From: an uncultured Acidimicrobiia bacterium
GTDB taxonomy: Bacteria; Actinomycetota; Acidimicrobiia; IMCC26256; JAENVU01
Direction of reading: 5' to 3'
DNA length: 64,000 bases
Assembly (NCBI GenBank): GCA_963820025.1
Contig: CAWFYL010000001.1
Span: 1,000,462-1,064,461 of the forward strand
Below, piece by piece: positions 40,992 through 50,301 of this stretch (position 1 is the stretch's first letter; each line of letters begins with the position of its first letter). The notes below the pieces were generated by a model, which did not search any database, had not been told where the DNA came from, and saw only the letters and a program-made list of their open reading frames with translations. The position numbers and the translations under genes were made by a program.

Positions 40992-43006
40992 CACGGGGAA
41001 TCCATCGGCTCGCCGCTCGCCGCGGTGGAGTGCTTTGTGCGGTTTCGCCGATGTTCCAGCGCGAGCGCCGCGACATCCTGCATGATCTGCGCAAATCGGT
41101 AGTCCTTCGGGGTGTAGATCCCCGAGACGCCGGCCGCGCGCAGGACGACCTGGTCCGCCTCGGGGATGATCCCGCCGACCACGACCGGCGCGTCCACGTC
41201 CATGGACCGCAGCAGGCGGATGGTCTCGGGCACCAGCTCGAGGTGCGAGCCCGACAGGATCGAGAGGCCGACGACGTCCACGTCCTCGTCGCGCGCCGCA
41301 GTCGCGATCTGGAGTGGAGTAAGGCGGATGCCTTGGTAGACGACCTCCATGCCCGCGTCGCGCGCCGCGACGGCGATCTGCTCCGCGCCGTTCGAGTGCC
41401 CGTCGAGGCCCGGCTTGCCGACGAGGATCCGGGGCGGGCCCCCCAGCTCCCTGGCCTCGGTCTGGACCTGCGTGCGCACGGCGAGCATGTCGTCGGCCAC
41501 GCCCGCGGCGATGCCGCCGACGCCGGTCGGGGCGCGGTACTCGCCGAAGACGTCGCGCAGCGCCCCCGCCCACTCGCCGACCGTGCCGCCGGCCCGGGCG
41601 AGCTCGATCGTCGTCGCCATCAGGTTCTCGTCGGTCGCGGCCGCGGCGCGCAGCCGCTTGAGCGCGACGTCCACCGCCGCGGCGTCACGCTCGCGTCGCC
41701 ACTCCTCCAGCCGGGCGATCTGCTCGGCCTCGGCTGCGGGGTCGAGCACGAGGATGTGCGACTCCCCTTCGAGATCGGCGGTGAGCGGAGACGTCTCGGT
41801 CTCGGTGAAGGAGTTGACGCCGACGACCACCGTCGCGCCCGACTCGATGTGGCGGATCCGCTCCGCGTTGGACTGCACGAGCCGGCCCTTGATCTCGTCG
41901 ATCATCTCGAACGCGCCGCCCCCGTCGAGCACCCACTGCAGCTCTTCCCATGCCGCGGTCGAGAGCTCCTCGACCTTCGCCTCGACGACCTTCGAGCCCT
42001 CGAACAGGTCGCCGTACTCGAGGAGGTCGGTCTCGTACGCGAGCACCTGTTGCATGCGCAGCGACCACTGCTGGTCCCAGGGTCGGGGGAGACCGAGCGC
42101 CTCGTTCCAGCACGGCAGCTGCAGGGCCCGGGCGCGCGCGTCGCGCGACAGCGTCACCCCGAGCATCTCGAGCGCGATCCGTTGGACGTTGTTCTCCGGC
42201 TGCGCCTCGGTGAGGCCGAGCGAGTTCACCTGCACGCCGTAGCGGAAGCGACGCAGCTTCTCGTCCTGCACGCCGTAGCGCTCGAGGCAGATGCGGTCCC
42301 ACAGCGCGGTGAAGGCGCGCATCTTGCACATCTCCTCGACGAAGCGGATCCCCGCGTCGATGAAGAACGAGATCCGGCCGACCACCTGCGGGAAGTCCTC
42401 GGGGCTGACCTGGCCCGAGTCGCGCACCGCGTCGAGGACGCCGACCGCGGTCGCGAGCCCGTACGCGAGCTCCTGCACCGGCGTCGCGCCGGCCTCCTGC
42501 AGGTGGTACGGGCAGACGTTGATCGGGTTCCATCGGGGCAGGTGCGTGACGGTGTGCGTGATGACGTCGACGGTGAGCCGGCGGCTCGGCTCGGGACCGA
42601 AGATGAAGGTGCCGCGCGAGAGGAACTCCTTCACGATGTCGTTCTGGGTCGTGCCTGCGAGGACCTGGGGATCGACGCCCCGCTCCTCGGCGAGCGCGAT
42701 GTAGAGCGCGAGCAGCCACATCGCGGTCGCGTTGATCGTCATCGAGGTGTTCATGTCCTCGAGAGGCATGCCGTCGAACAAGGTCCGCATCTCACCGAGG
42801 TGCGGGACGGGCACGCCGACCTTGCCGACCTCGCCCCTCGCGAGCACGTGGTCGGCGTCGTACCCGGTCTGGGTCGGCAGGTCGAACGCGACCGACAGGC
42901 CGGTCTGACCCTTCGCGAGGTTCGCGCGGTAAAGCTCGTTCGACGCCTGGGCCGACGAGTGGCCGGAGTAGGTGCGGATGACCCAGGGCCGGTCGCGTTG
43001 GCTCAC
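40991..43006 (-). CDS. meaA: Single-chain B12-dependent acyl-CoA mutase, ethylmalonyl-CoA mutase (MeaA/Ecm)-like
   Basis: RDRPWVIRTYSGHSS...LAKGQTGLSVAFDLPTQTGYD is MeaA-like. The C-terminal B12-binding domain carries GLDGHSNG. The start is GTG 43006 or the track start at 43042. Confidence 0.85.
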   Translation of the reverse strand: MSQRDRPWVIRTYSGHSSAQASNELYRANLAKGQTGLSVAFDLPTQTGYDADHVLARGEVGKVGVPVPHLGEMRTLFDGMPLEDMNTSMTINATAMWLLALYIALAEERGVDPQVLAGTTQNDIVKEFLSRGTFIFGPEPSRRLTVDVITHTVTHLPRWNPINVCPYHLQEAGATPVQELAYGLATAVGVLDAVRDSGQVSPEDFPQVVGRISFFIDAGIRFVEEMCKMRAFTALWDRICLERYGVQDEKLRRFRYGVQVNSLGLTEAQPENNVQRIALEMLGVTLSRDARARALQLPCWNEALGLPRPWDQQWSLRMQQVLAYETDLLEYGDLFEGSKVVEAKVEELSTAAWEELQWVLDGGGAFEMIDEIKGRLVQSNAERIRHIESGATVVVGVNSFTETETSPLTADLEGESHILVLDPAAEAEQIARLEEWRRERDAAAVDVALKRLRAAAATDENLMATTIELARAGGTVGEWAGALRDVFGEYRAPTGVGGIAAGVADDMLAVRTQVQTEARELGGPPRILVGKPGLDGHSNGAEQIAVAARDAGMEVVYQGIRLTPLQIATAARDEDVDVVGLSILSGSHLELVPETIRLLRSMDVDAPVVVGGIIPEADQVVLRAAGVSGIYTPKDYRFAQIMQDVAALALEHRRNRTKHSTAASGEPMDSP

Positions 43007-43061
43007 GTCACCATTGTCCCCGCGCGAGCTGCACCACCACAACGCCGGGCCACGGCCCGAA

Positions 43062-43919
43062 TTACCTCTTTCGGTATTCGAAGAAGCCCTGGCCGCTCTT
43101 GCGGCCGAGGCGTTCCGCGCTCACCATCCGCCGCAGGAGGGGCGCGGGTGCGTAGTTCGGGTCCTTGAACTCGGCGTAGAGCGCCTCGAGGATCGCGAGG
43201 CTCGTGTCGAGGCCGACGAGGTCGAGCAGCGCAAGGGGGCCCATCGGGAAGTTGCAGCCGCCCTGCATGGCGGCATCGATGTCCTCACGCGTCGCGACGC
43301 CGGAGTCGAGCAGCTTCACCGCGTTGTTGAGGTAGGGGAAGAGGAGGGCGTTCACGATGAAGCCCGCCTGGTCCTTGACCTCGACCGGGTTCTTGCCGCA
43401 CGCGTCGGCGAAGGCCCGGGCCGTCGCAACGGTCTCGTCGCTCGTCGCGATCGTCCGCACGACCTCGACCAACGGCATCATCGGGGCCGGGTTGAAGAAG
43501 TGGATGCCGCAGACGCGTTCGGGTCGGCCGGTCTCCATCGCCATCTCGACGACCGGCAGCGTCGACGTGTTCGTCGCCAGGACCGCACCCTCCACCACGA
43601 TGCGGTCGAGCTCGCTGAACAGGTGCTTCTTCGTCGCGAGGTCCTCGACGATCGACTCGAGCACCAGGTCGCAGTCGGCGAGCTCCTCCAGGTCGCTCAC
43701 GGCGCGCACCCGGGTGAGCACCGCGTCGCGGTCGGCGGCTTCGAGCTTGCCCCGCTCGACCTGCTTGGCCAGGGACTTCTCGAGGCCGGCGACCATGGCG
43801 TCGGCCGTGGTCTGCGACCGGCTCCGGAGGACGACCTCGATGCCCGCCTTCGCGGCGACCTCTGCGATCCCCGAACCCATGATCCCGGAACCGACGATTC
43901 CCAAGCGCTTGACGCTCAT
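43062..43919 (-). CDS. 3-hydroxybutyryl-CoA dehydrogenase
   Basis: 285 aa with Rossmann LGIVGSGIMGSGIA and the HFFNPAPMMPLVE motif. Confidence 0.9.
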   Translation of the reverse strand: MSVKRLGIVGSGIMGSGIAEVAAKAGIEVVLRSRSQTTADAMVAGLEKSLAKQVERGKLEAADRDAVLTRVRAVSDLEELADCDLVLESIVEDLATKKHLFSELDRIVVEGAVLATNTSTLPVVEMAMETGRPERVCGIHFFNPAPMMPLVEVVRTIATSDETVATARAFADACGKNPVEVKDQAGFIVNALLFPYLNNAVKLLDSGVATREDIDAAMQGGCNFPMGPLALLDLVGLDTSLAILEALYAEFKDPNYAPAPLLRRMVSAERLGRKSGQGFFEYRKR

Positions 43920-44026
43920 CGTGGACTTCCCCCTGCAGCCGACGTGGAACCGGAGAGGTTACCGGCCGGTAAGGACGGGTCGCCAGGCGAGCCGGTCCCG
44001 CGAACCGCTGGATAAGGTGCCCGGCG

Positions 44027-44731
44027 ATGACCTCCTCGGGGACCGACGTTGCCGGCACCCTCGCGCTCGTCGGCGGGGGCGAGTGGCGCGACGGGACGCG
44101 TGACCTGGACGCGACCCTGCTGGAGGCGAGCGGCGGCTCCGAGGTGCTGGTCCTGCCGACCGCCGCGGCCTACGAGCACCCGGACCGGGTCGTCGACGCC
44201 GCGAGCGCGCACTTCGCCAAGCTCGGTGCGAAGGTCCGTGAGCTCCCGGTGCTGCACCGCACGGAGGCGGAGAGCGCGGAGATCGCCGAGACGGTGCGTG
44301 ACGCGCGCTTCGTCTACATCGCCGACGGGTCGCCCCTGCACCTCCGGTCGGTGCTCAAGGGGTCCAGCCTCTTCGCGGCACTGCTCGCCGCGTACCGGAG
44401 CGGCTCGGTCCTCGCGGCGTCGGGCGCCGGTGCGACGGTGCTCTGCGACCCGATGGTCGACCCGCGTGGGGGCGCGTACACCGTTGGTCTCGGTGTGGTG
44501 GAGGGCGTCGCGGTGTTCCCGTACCACGGCAGCGCGGCCGACCACCTGCGCGAGCGCTCGATCGATCTCCTGCCCGCCGCCGCGGTCCTCGTCGGCATCG
44601 ACGAGGAGACCGCGCTCCTGCGCCGGCCCGGGCCGAGCTGGTCGGTCGCCGGAGCCGGCACGGTGACGCTCTATGCCGGGGCGGAGCCGACGAACCTCGC
44701 GAGCGGGTCGACCGGCATCGATCTTCCCTAG
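44027..44731 (+). CDS. Peptidase S51/cyanophycinase-like (type 1 glutamine amidotransferase-like) protein
   Basis: LALVGGGEW, VYIADGSPLHL and AASGAGATVLCD (nucleophile elbow) fit the S51 fold. Confidence 0.65.
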   Translation: MTSSGTDVAGTLALVGGGEWRDGTRDLDATLLEASGGSEVLVLPTAAAYEHPDRVVDAASAHFAKLGAKVRELPVLHRTEAESAEIAETVRDARFVYIADGSPLHLRSVLKGSSLFAALLAAYRSGSVLAASGAGATVLCDPMVDPRGGAYTVGLGVVEGVAVFPYHGSAADHLRERSIDLLPAAAVLVGIDEETALLRRPGPSWSVAGAGTVTLYAGAEPTNLASGSTGIDLP

Positions 44732-44742
44732 CCCCGGGGCGT

Positions 44743-45501
44743 CTACGACTCGGAGATCGTGATCTTGTCGATCAGCACCTTCTGGGTCGGCGCGCCGTCG
44801 CCGCTCGAAGGGGCGAACGAGTCGATCTTCTTCGCGACGCTGATGCCGCTCGAGACGTTGCCGAAGCGCGCGTAGTCGTTCGGCAGGGTGGCTCCCTGAG
44901 AACCCGTGACGATGAAGAACTGCGAGCCGAAGTCGCCGGCGGGGGCACCACCGGACTTCGCCGCGGCGAGCGCCCCGACCGGGTAGTGGTCGGTGGGAAC
45001 CTCGCCCTTCACGGTGTACCCGGGGCCGCCGGAGCCATCCCCCTTCGGGTCACCGCCCTGGATCACGAAGTCCTTGGCCACGCGGTGGAACGGCAGCCCG
45101 TCGTAGAAGCCGTCCTTCGCGAGCGACACGAAGTTGTTCGTGGCGACGGGCGCGGTCTTGGCGTCGAGAGCGATGGTCATCGTCCCGCAGCTCGTCGCGA
45201 TCTTCGCCGTGTACGTCTTGTTGGGGTCGATGGTCATCGCCGGCGCCTTCTGCGACGTGTCCTTCGTCGGCAGCTTCGACGACGTCACCTTGGTGCACCC
45301 GTTCTGCTTGGTCGCCGCGCTCGAGGAGTCGTCGCTCTTCACCAGCGAGTAGATCACGATGACCGCGATGACCGGGACGAGCACGAACAGCAGGCCGCGC
45401 GCACTGCGCATCCTGCGGTCCCGCTTCATCAATCGCTCGCGCTCCTGCCGTGCGAGCTCGCGGTTCTGACGTTGCCGTTCGCGCTTGTCTGCCTTGGACA
45501 C
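44743..45501 (-). CDS. Membrane-anchored cyclophilin-type peptidyl-prolyl isomerase
   Basis: N-terminal basic segment plus TM helix, then FHRVAKDFVIQGGDP...GSQFFI. Confidence 0.85.
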   Translation of the reverse strand: MSKADKRERQRQNRELARQERERLMKRDRRMRSARGLLFVLVPVIAVIVIYSLVKSDDSSSAATKQNGCTKVTSSKLPTKDTSQKAPAMTIDPNKTYTAKIATSCGTMTIALDAKTAPVATNNFVSLAKDGFYDGLPFHRVAKDFVIQGGDPKGDGSGGPGYTVKGEVPTDHYPVGALAAAKSGGAPAGDFGSQFFIVTGSQGATLPNDYARFGNVSSGISVAKKIDSFAPSSGDGAPTQKVLIDKITISES

Positions 45502-45523
45502 GAGGGCGGAGTCTAGGACGCGG

Positions 45524-47824
45524 TCACTGCCCGGCAGCAGCCGCGGGCGCGACGTAGGTGCGGCACGGTTCGGCTCGCAGCGACGGGCACGGCGCCGGGG
45601 CTGCGGGCAGGGTCGGGTTCACCGGCAGGACCGGCAGGACGACCTTCGACGGATGGCTCCGGTCGTGCGCGATCGAGACCGCGGCCGCCTGGTCCCCGGT
45701 GGGGGTGTCGAACGTCCAGAGAGGCCGGTCGCCGCCGGGCGCCTCGACGGTGACCCGGAGCCGGCTGCCCGCCCGGAACGAGTAGGCGAACGGGAAGATC
45801 TGCACCCGGGCCTTCACGAAGCGGTGCTGGGGCACGCGGCGGGCGTCGGCCTGCAGGTCGGTGTGGATCGGGTCGAGCACCGTCGAGCGAGTCCGGTCGA
45901 GCTTGCGGTGGCTCAGCCGCAGCCACCCGTTCTGCACGTAGCGCTCGGTACCGTCGGGCCGGACCTCGCTCAAGGTGACCTGGACGTCAGCGTCGCTGCG
46001 GTTGGCCCTCACCCAGAGGTCGACCGATCCGGTGCCCGCCATCGAGACGGTCCGGGCCAGGGGGCTCGACAGGTAGGAGAGCGACTTCCCGTCGACGACC
46101 GGGGTCCAGCTGTACGCGGGGTTCGCGGCCCAGATGCCGTCGCCCGACCCGGTGTAGCTCGTGCGAGGACGCGCGGAGGGGTCACCCTGGTAGCGGTCCG
46201 CACGCCCGGCGTCGCGCCCCCGCGCCGGTTGGGTTCCGAGGCCTCCACCGGCCAGCAGGTACCACGACGTCGGGGTGACGCCGGGGATCGGCCACGAGGG
46301 GTACCGCGTCTCGGCGCTCGGGACCGGCGCTCCGGCCACGACGCCGGGCGCGTTGCCGACCTCCCAGTTGATGCGCACCGGCGGATCCGACTCGAACTGG
46401 TGGAGCGCGGTCGCGAAGTCGGTCGACGGGGAGAACCGGTCCGGCGGGATCGTGAGCCCGGGGACGCCGGTGATCGACGCCCAGATCGCCGGCGCGGTCG
46501 CCCGCACGCTCGCGGGGATCGTCGGGACCTTCTGCGCGACGTAGAAGTCGAGGAACTCGACCATCTCCGCCAGCACCGACGGGTCGAGCGACTCGGTGTG
46601 GACCCCGTTCTGCCCGACGGCGCGCACCTTGGTGGTCGGGGCGAAGCGGTTGAGCATGTCGGCCCAGTGTCCGCCGGTCTGCTCGTCCTGCCAGGCCCCG
46701 GCGATGAACACCGGCGCGGTGATGTCCTTCACGAACGCCTCGGGGGCGAGCGAGTCCGCGCCGTTCGGGAAGTCGTACCGGAACTCGGGATCGAGCGCGG
46801 ACACGTACGGGTGCCGTTCGGTCTGCTGCTGGAGGTCGACGTTCTGACCGCGCAGCAGCATGTTGTCCGCGCACTCGGTGTCGCCGCCGGCGATGCGGGT
46901 CTTCACCCAGCCCGGCGCGTTCGGGTTGGGCCACTTGTTCTGGTCGAGGCGCTCCTGGGCCCAGCCCTTCGCGAAGCCGTCGTTGTAGATCCCGCCGGGG
47001 AAGAGCGTCCCGCGCCAGGTGTCGTCGATCACCGAGAGGGGCGTGATCCCGGCCAGGTGCGGCGGCCGCGATCGGGCGACGAAGAGCTGGCTGATCCCGG
47101 CAAAGGAGATGCCGACCATACCGACGCGGCCGGTCGACCAGGGCTGCGCGGCGACGGTCTCGATCGCGTCGTAGCCGTCGAGCGACTGCAGGTTCTCGAA
47201 GAAGTTGTAGGCACCACCCGAGCAACCGGTGCCGCGGATGTTCACACCGACCCAGGCCATGCCGAGCAGGGGTGCGAGCAGCTTGTACTGCGGCTGCGAC
47301 GTGGTCGGGCTCGACGGGTCGTAGCCCGAGTACTCGACGACGCTCGGGTACGGGCCCTTGTCCGGCGGACCCGGCAACACGACCTGGACCGACAGCGTCG
47401 TCCCGTCGCGGGTCGTCAGGTAGCCGTAGCCGCTCGTCGGAGTGAGGTTGCCGACCGCGAGCTTCTGACCCGCGTACCAGGACGCGGGCGGGTTCTGGTC
47501 GGCCGAGAGGACCTGCACCGGGGCGGAGACCGGGTGCTCGGGCGTGCGCAATGCCACGGTGTAGCCGTCACCCGCGTCGACGTTGCGGAACAGGGAGCCC
47601 CCGAGGTCGTCGGTCGTGGCCGACTGGAGGACGTGACCCCGCCGCCTCAGCTCGACGCCGGTCGCCGCGGGCGCGCCGATGACGTCGACCTGGTGGACGC
47701 TGCCGCGGACCGTGAACGCGACCGGGGCCGCCTCGCGGCCCGTTGCCGCGCCGGCGGAGGTCGGCAGGACCCCGAGTCCGATGACGACCGCGAGACCCAG
47801 CGCCGCCAGCTGCACACGCCGCAT
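45524..47824 (-). CDS. Secreted CocE/NonD-family hydrolase (S15 X-Pro dipeptidyl-peptidase-like)
   Basis: Signal peptide MRRVQLAALGLAVVIGLGVLPTSAGA from the ATG at 47824. NIRGTGCSGGAY and GISFAG nucleophile elbow, plus a C-terminal beta-sandwich domain. Confidence 0.8.
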   Translation of the reverse strand: MRRVQLAALGLAVVIGLGVLPTSAGAATGREAAPVAFTVRGSVHQVDVIGAPAATGVELRRRGHVLQSATTDDLGGSLFRNVDAGDGYTVALRTPEHPVSAPVQVLSADQNPPASWYAGQKLAVGNLTPTSGYGYLTTRDGTTLSVQVVLPGPPDKGPYPSVVEYSGYDPSSPTTSQPQYKLLAPLLGMAWVGVNIRGTGCSGGAYNFFENLQSLDGYDAIETVAAQPWSTGRVGMVGISFAGISQLFVARSRPPHLAGITPLSVIDDTWRGTLFPGGIYNDGFAKGWAQERLDQNKWPNPNAPGWVKTRIAGGDTECADNMLLRGQNVDLQQQTERHPYVSALDPEFRYDFPNGADSLAPEAFVKDITAPVFIAGAWQDEQTGGHWADMLNRFAPTTKVRAVGQNGVHTESLDPSVLAEMVEFLDFYVAQKVPTIPASVRATAPAIWASITGVPGLTIPPDRFSPSTDFATALHQFESDPPVRINWEVGNAPGVVAGAPVPSAETRYPSWPIPGVTPTSWYLLAGGGLGTQPARGRDAGRADRYQGDPSARPRTSYTGSGDGIWAANPAYSWTPVVDGKSLSYLSSPLARTVSMAGTGSVDLWVRANRSDADVQVTLSEVRPDGTERYVQNGWLRLSHRKLDRTRSTVLDPIHTDLQADARRVPQHRFVKARVQIFPFAYSFRAGSRLRVTVEAPGGDRPLWTFDTPTGDQAAAVSIAHDRSHPSKVVLPVLPVNPTLPAAPAPCPSLRAEPCRTYVAPAAAAGQ

Positions 47825-47921
47825 TCTGACCACTCCCCCCAATTCCGGACAGGGCATTGTGGCAGAGACGCCGGGCGTTATGGCTGCGAGCCGCGCGCCG
47901 GGGCGCGCCTAGCCTTGTTGC

Positions 47922-49139
47922 GTGCCAGTCGTCATCCAGAAGTTCGGCGGGACCTCGGTCGCGGATCCCGACCGCATCCGCGCGGTCGCGGAGCACATCG
48001 TCCGCACCCACCGCCAGGGGAACCAGGTCGTCGTGGTCGTCTCGGCCATGGGGAAGACCACCGACGACCTGGTCCGGCTCGCCCACGACGTGGCCCAGGC
48101 CCCCCATGGGCGCGAGCTCGACATGCTGCTGACCGCGGGCGAGCGGATCTCGATGGCCCTGCTCTGCATGGCGATCATGGACCAGGGCGTCCACGCGGTG
48201 AGCTTCACCGGCTCCCAGGCGGGGATCGTCACCGACACGGTCCACGGCAAGGCCAAGATCCTCGAGGTCAAGGGCGACCGGATCCGCGAGACGATCGCCG
48301 CCGACGCGGTCGCCGTCGTCGCCGGGTTCCAGGGCATCTCGACCGCCCGGGACATCACGACGCTCGGCCGGGGCGGGTCCGACACGACTGCGGTGGCGCT
48401 GGCGGCCACCCTCGGCGCCGAGGTCTGCGAGATCTACACCGACGTGTCCGGCGTGTTCACCGCCGACCCGCGCGTCGTCCCCGAGGCGCGCAAGCTCGCC
48501 CGGGTCTCGTTCAACGAGATGCTCGAGATGGCGGCGACCGGCGGCAAGGTGCTCGCGCTGCGCTCGGTCGAGTTCGCCCGCAACTACAACGTTCCCGTCC
48601 ACGTGCGCTCGAGCTTCACCTGGGAGCCCGGGACCTGGGTGGTCGAGGAGGACCCCACGATGGAAGAAGCGATCATCTCCGGTGTCACCCACGACACGTC
48701 CGAGGCCAAGATCACCATCTCGCAGGTGGCCGACCGTCCCGGCGTGGCCGCGTCGCTGTTCCGCGCGCTCGCCGACGAGTCGGTGAACGTCGACATGATC
48801 GTGCAGAACGTGTCGACGGCCGGACACACCGACATCTCGTTCACGGTCCCGCGCGACGACCTGCACCGGGGGCTCAGGGTCATGGAGAAGGTCGCGGCGG
48901 AGATCGAGGCGAGCGGGGTCACCCACGACGCCGGGGTCGCCCGGGTCACGCTGGTCGGGGCGGGGATGAAGACGAACCCGGGCGTCGCCGCCAAGATGTT
49001 CGAGGTCCTCTCGAACGAAGGGGTGAACATCGAGATGATCAGCACGTCGTCGATCCGCATCTCCTGTGTGGTGCAGGAGTCGGACGTCGAAGCCGCGGTG
49101 CGTGCCCTCCACGCCGCCTTCGAGCTCGAGCACGCGTGA
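47922..49139 (+). CDS. ask: Aspartate kinase (alpha subunit)
   Basis: [22 protein letters not shown] and two C-terminal ACT domains. GTG start. Confidence 0.9.
   Translation: MPVVIQKFGGTSVADPDRIRAVAEHIVRTHRQGNQVVVVVSAMGKTTDDLVRLAHDVAQAPHGRELDMLLTAGERISMALLCMAIMDQGVHAVSFTGSQAGIVTDTVHGKAKILEVKGDRIRETIAADAVAVVAGFQGISTARDITTLGRGGSDTTAVALAATLGAEVCEIYTDVSGVFTADPRVVPEARKLARVSFNEMLEMAATGGKVLALRSVEFARNYNVPVHVRSSFTWEPGTWVVEEDPTMEEAIISGVTHDTSEAKITISQVADRPGVAASLFRALADESVNVDMIVQNVSTAGHTDISFTVPRDDLHRGLRVMEKVAAEIEASGVTHDAGVARVTLVGAGMKTNPGVAAKMFEVLSNEGVNIEMISTSSIRISCVVQESDVEAAVRALHAAFELEHA
48660..49139 (+). CDS. Putative aspartate kinase beta subunit from an internal in-frame start
   Basis: In-frame ATG at 48660 ([12 protein letters not shown]...) preceded by GAGGAGGA (48645-48652) at 7-nt spacing. 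It sits at the ACT-domain boundary, as in corynebacterial and mycobacterial lysC. Confidence 0.5.
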   Translation: MEEAIISGVTHDTSEAKITISQVADRPGVAASLFRALADESVNVDMIVQNVSTAGHTDISFTVPRDDLHRGLRVMEKVAAEIEASGVTHDAGVARVTLVGAGMKTNPGVAAKMFEVLSNEGVNIEMISTSSIRISCVVQESDVEAAVRALHAAFELEHA

Positions 49140-49257
49140 TGAGCCTGAGCGGGCACGGCTCGAGCGGAGCGGCGGAGCGGGCACGAAGTGCGGAGCCCGG
49201 AGTGACCCGACGAGCGGTGTGGAGGTCGGAGCGGCCCCGAGCGGCGGAGTGGGAACG

Positions 49258-50292
49258 ATGACCACGAACGTCGGCGTCATCGGCGCGACAGGTCTCGTCG
49301 GCCAGGAGATGCTGGCGCTGCTCGAGCAGCGGTCGTTCCCGCTCGACGGGCTGCGTGTGTTCGCGTCCGCCCGCTCCGAGGGTCGCCGCCTCCCCTTCGC
49401 GGGCGGCGAGGTGACCTGTGAGGTGCTGGCGCCGGGCTGCTTCGACGGGCTCGACCTCGTGATCGTCGACGTCGACGACCCGATCGCGCTCGAATGGGCG
49501 CCGGTCGCGGCCGCCGCGGGCGCGCAGGTCATCGACAACTCGGCCGCGTTCCGGATGGACCCGGATGTCCCGCTCGTCGTCGCCGAGGTGAACCCGGAGG
49601 ACCTGCGCGACCTCCCGAAGGGGATCGCGTCCTGCCCGAACTGCACCACGATGGTCCTGGTGACCGCGCTCGGGCCGCTGCACCACGCCGCGGGCATCGA
49701 GCGGCTCGTGGTCTCCACGTACCAGTCGGTGTCGGGCGCCGGAGTGGTCGGGATCGAGGAGCTCGAGGGCCAGTGGGCCAAGCTCGACGGTGCGACCGAT
49801 CAGCTGCGGCGCGCCGCGACCGTGGACGGCCTGCTCGCACCGGGCGCGGTCTGGTCCAAGCCCATCGCCGGGAACGTGATCCCACTGGCCGGCTCGGTGA
49901 AGGACGCCGGCTACACGTCCGAGGAGTGGAAGCTCGTCCACGAGAGTCGCAAGATCCTCCACGACGACGCGATGCGCGTCACCGGCACCTGCGTGCGGGT
50001 CCCGGTGTACGTCGGGCACGCGATGAGCGCGAACGTCGAGTTCCGGGATCCGATGACGAAGGCGCGCGCCGTCGAGCTGCTGTCGTCGGCGCCCGGGGTG
50101 GTGCTCGTGGACGGCGGCGATGGCGCGCCGACCCCGCTCGAGGGTGCGGGGATCGACCCCGTCCTCGTCGGTCGGTTGCGCGAAGACCCGTCCCGGGCGA
50201 ACACCCTCGACCTCTGGGTCACCGGCGACAACCTGCGCAAGGGCGCCGCGCTGAACGCGGTGCAGATGGCCGAGCTCCTGCTCGCGCGCTGA
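49258..50292 (+). CDS. asd: Aspartate-semialdehyde dehydrogenase
   Basis: VGVIGATGLVGQ Rossmann motif and active-site context SCPNCTT. ATG at 49258, inside the longer track ORF 49066..50292. Confidence 0.9.
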   Translation: MTTNVGVIGATGLVGQEMLALLEQRSFPLDGLRVFASARSEGRRLPFAGGEVTCEVLAPGCFDGLDLVIVDVDDPIALEWAPVAAAAGAQVIDNSAAFRMDPDVPLVVAEVNPEDLRDLPKGIASCPNCTTMVLVTALGPLHHAAGIERLVVSTYQSVSGAGVVGIEELEGQWAKLDGATDQLRRAATVDGLLAPGAVWSKPIAGNVIPLAGSVKDAGYTSEEWKLVHESRKILHDDAMRVTGTCVRVPVYVGHAMSANVEFRDPMTKARAVELLSSAPGVVLVDGGDGAPTPLEGAGIDPVLVGRLREDPSRANTLDLWVTGDNLRKGAALNAVQMAELLLAR

Positions 50293-50301
50293 CCTCGCGG
50301 T

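Noticed and set aside
36666-41573. 1635-aa ORF on the minus strand, the longest in the track
   Set aside because: It runs antisense or out of frame through the CoA-transferase and acyl-CoA ligase genes and has Arg/Gly/Pro/Asp-dominated low-complexity composition. Only its segment from 40991 down to about 40310 (the GGDEF protein body) looks like protein; the gene's last ~30 codons lie in ORF 40217..40567. This is a GC-rich stop-codon-poor artefact.
49140-49257. Lysine riboswitch or other known leader between ask and asd
   Set aside because: No L-box-like conserved helices or core. The tract is dominated by GAGCGG repeats instead, and is reported as a repeat observation only.
45485-49261. 1258-aa ORF on the plus strand
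   Set aside because: It is antisense to the well-supported CocE/NonD hydrolase and out of frame with ask. The composition is extremely Arg/Gly/Asp-rich with no recognisable domain.
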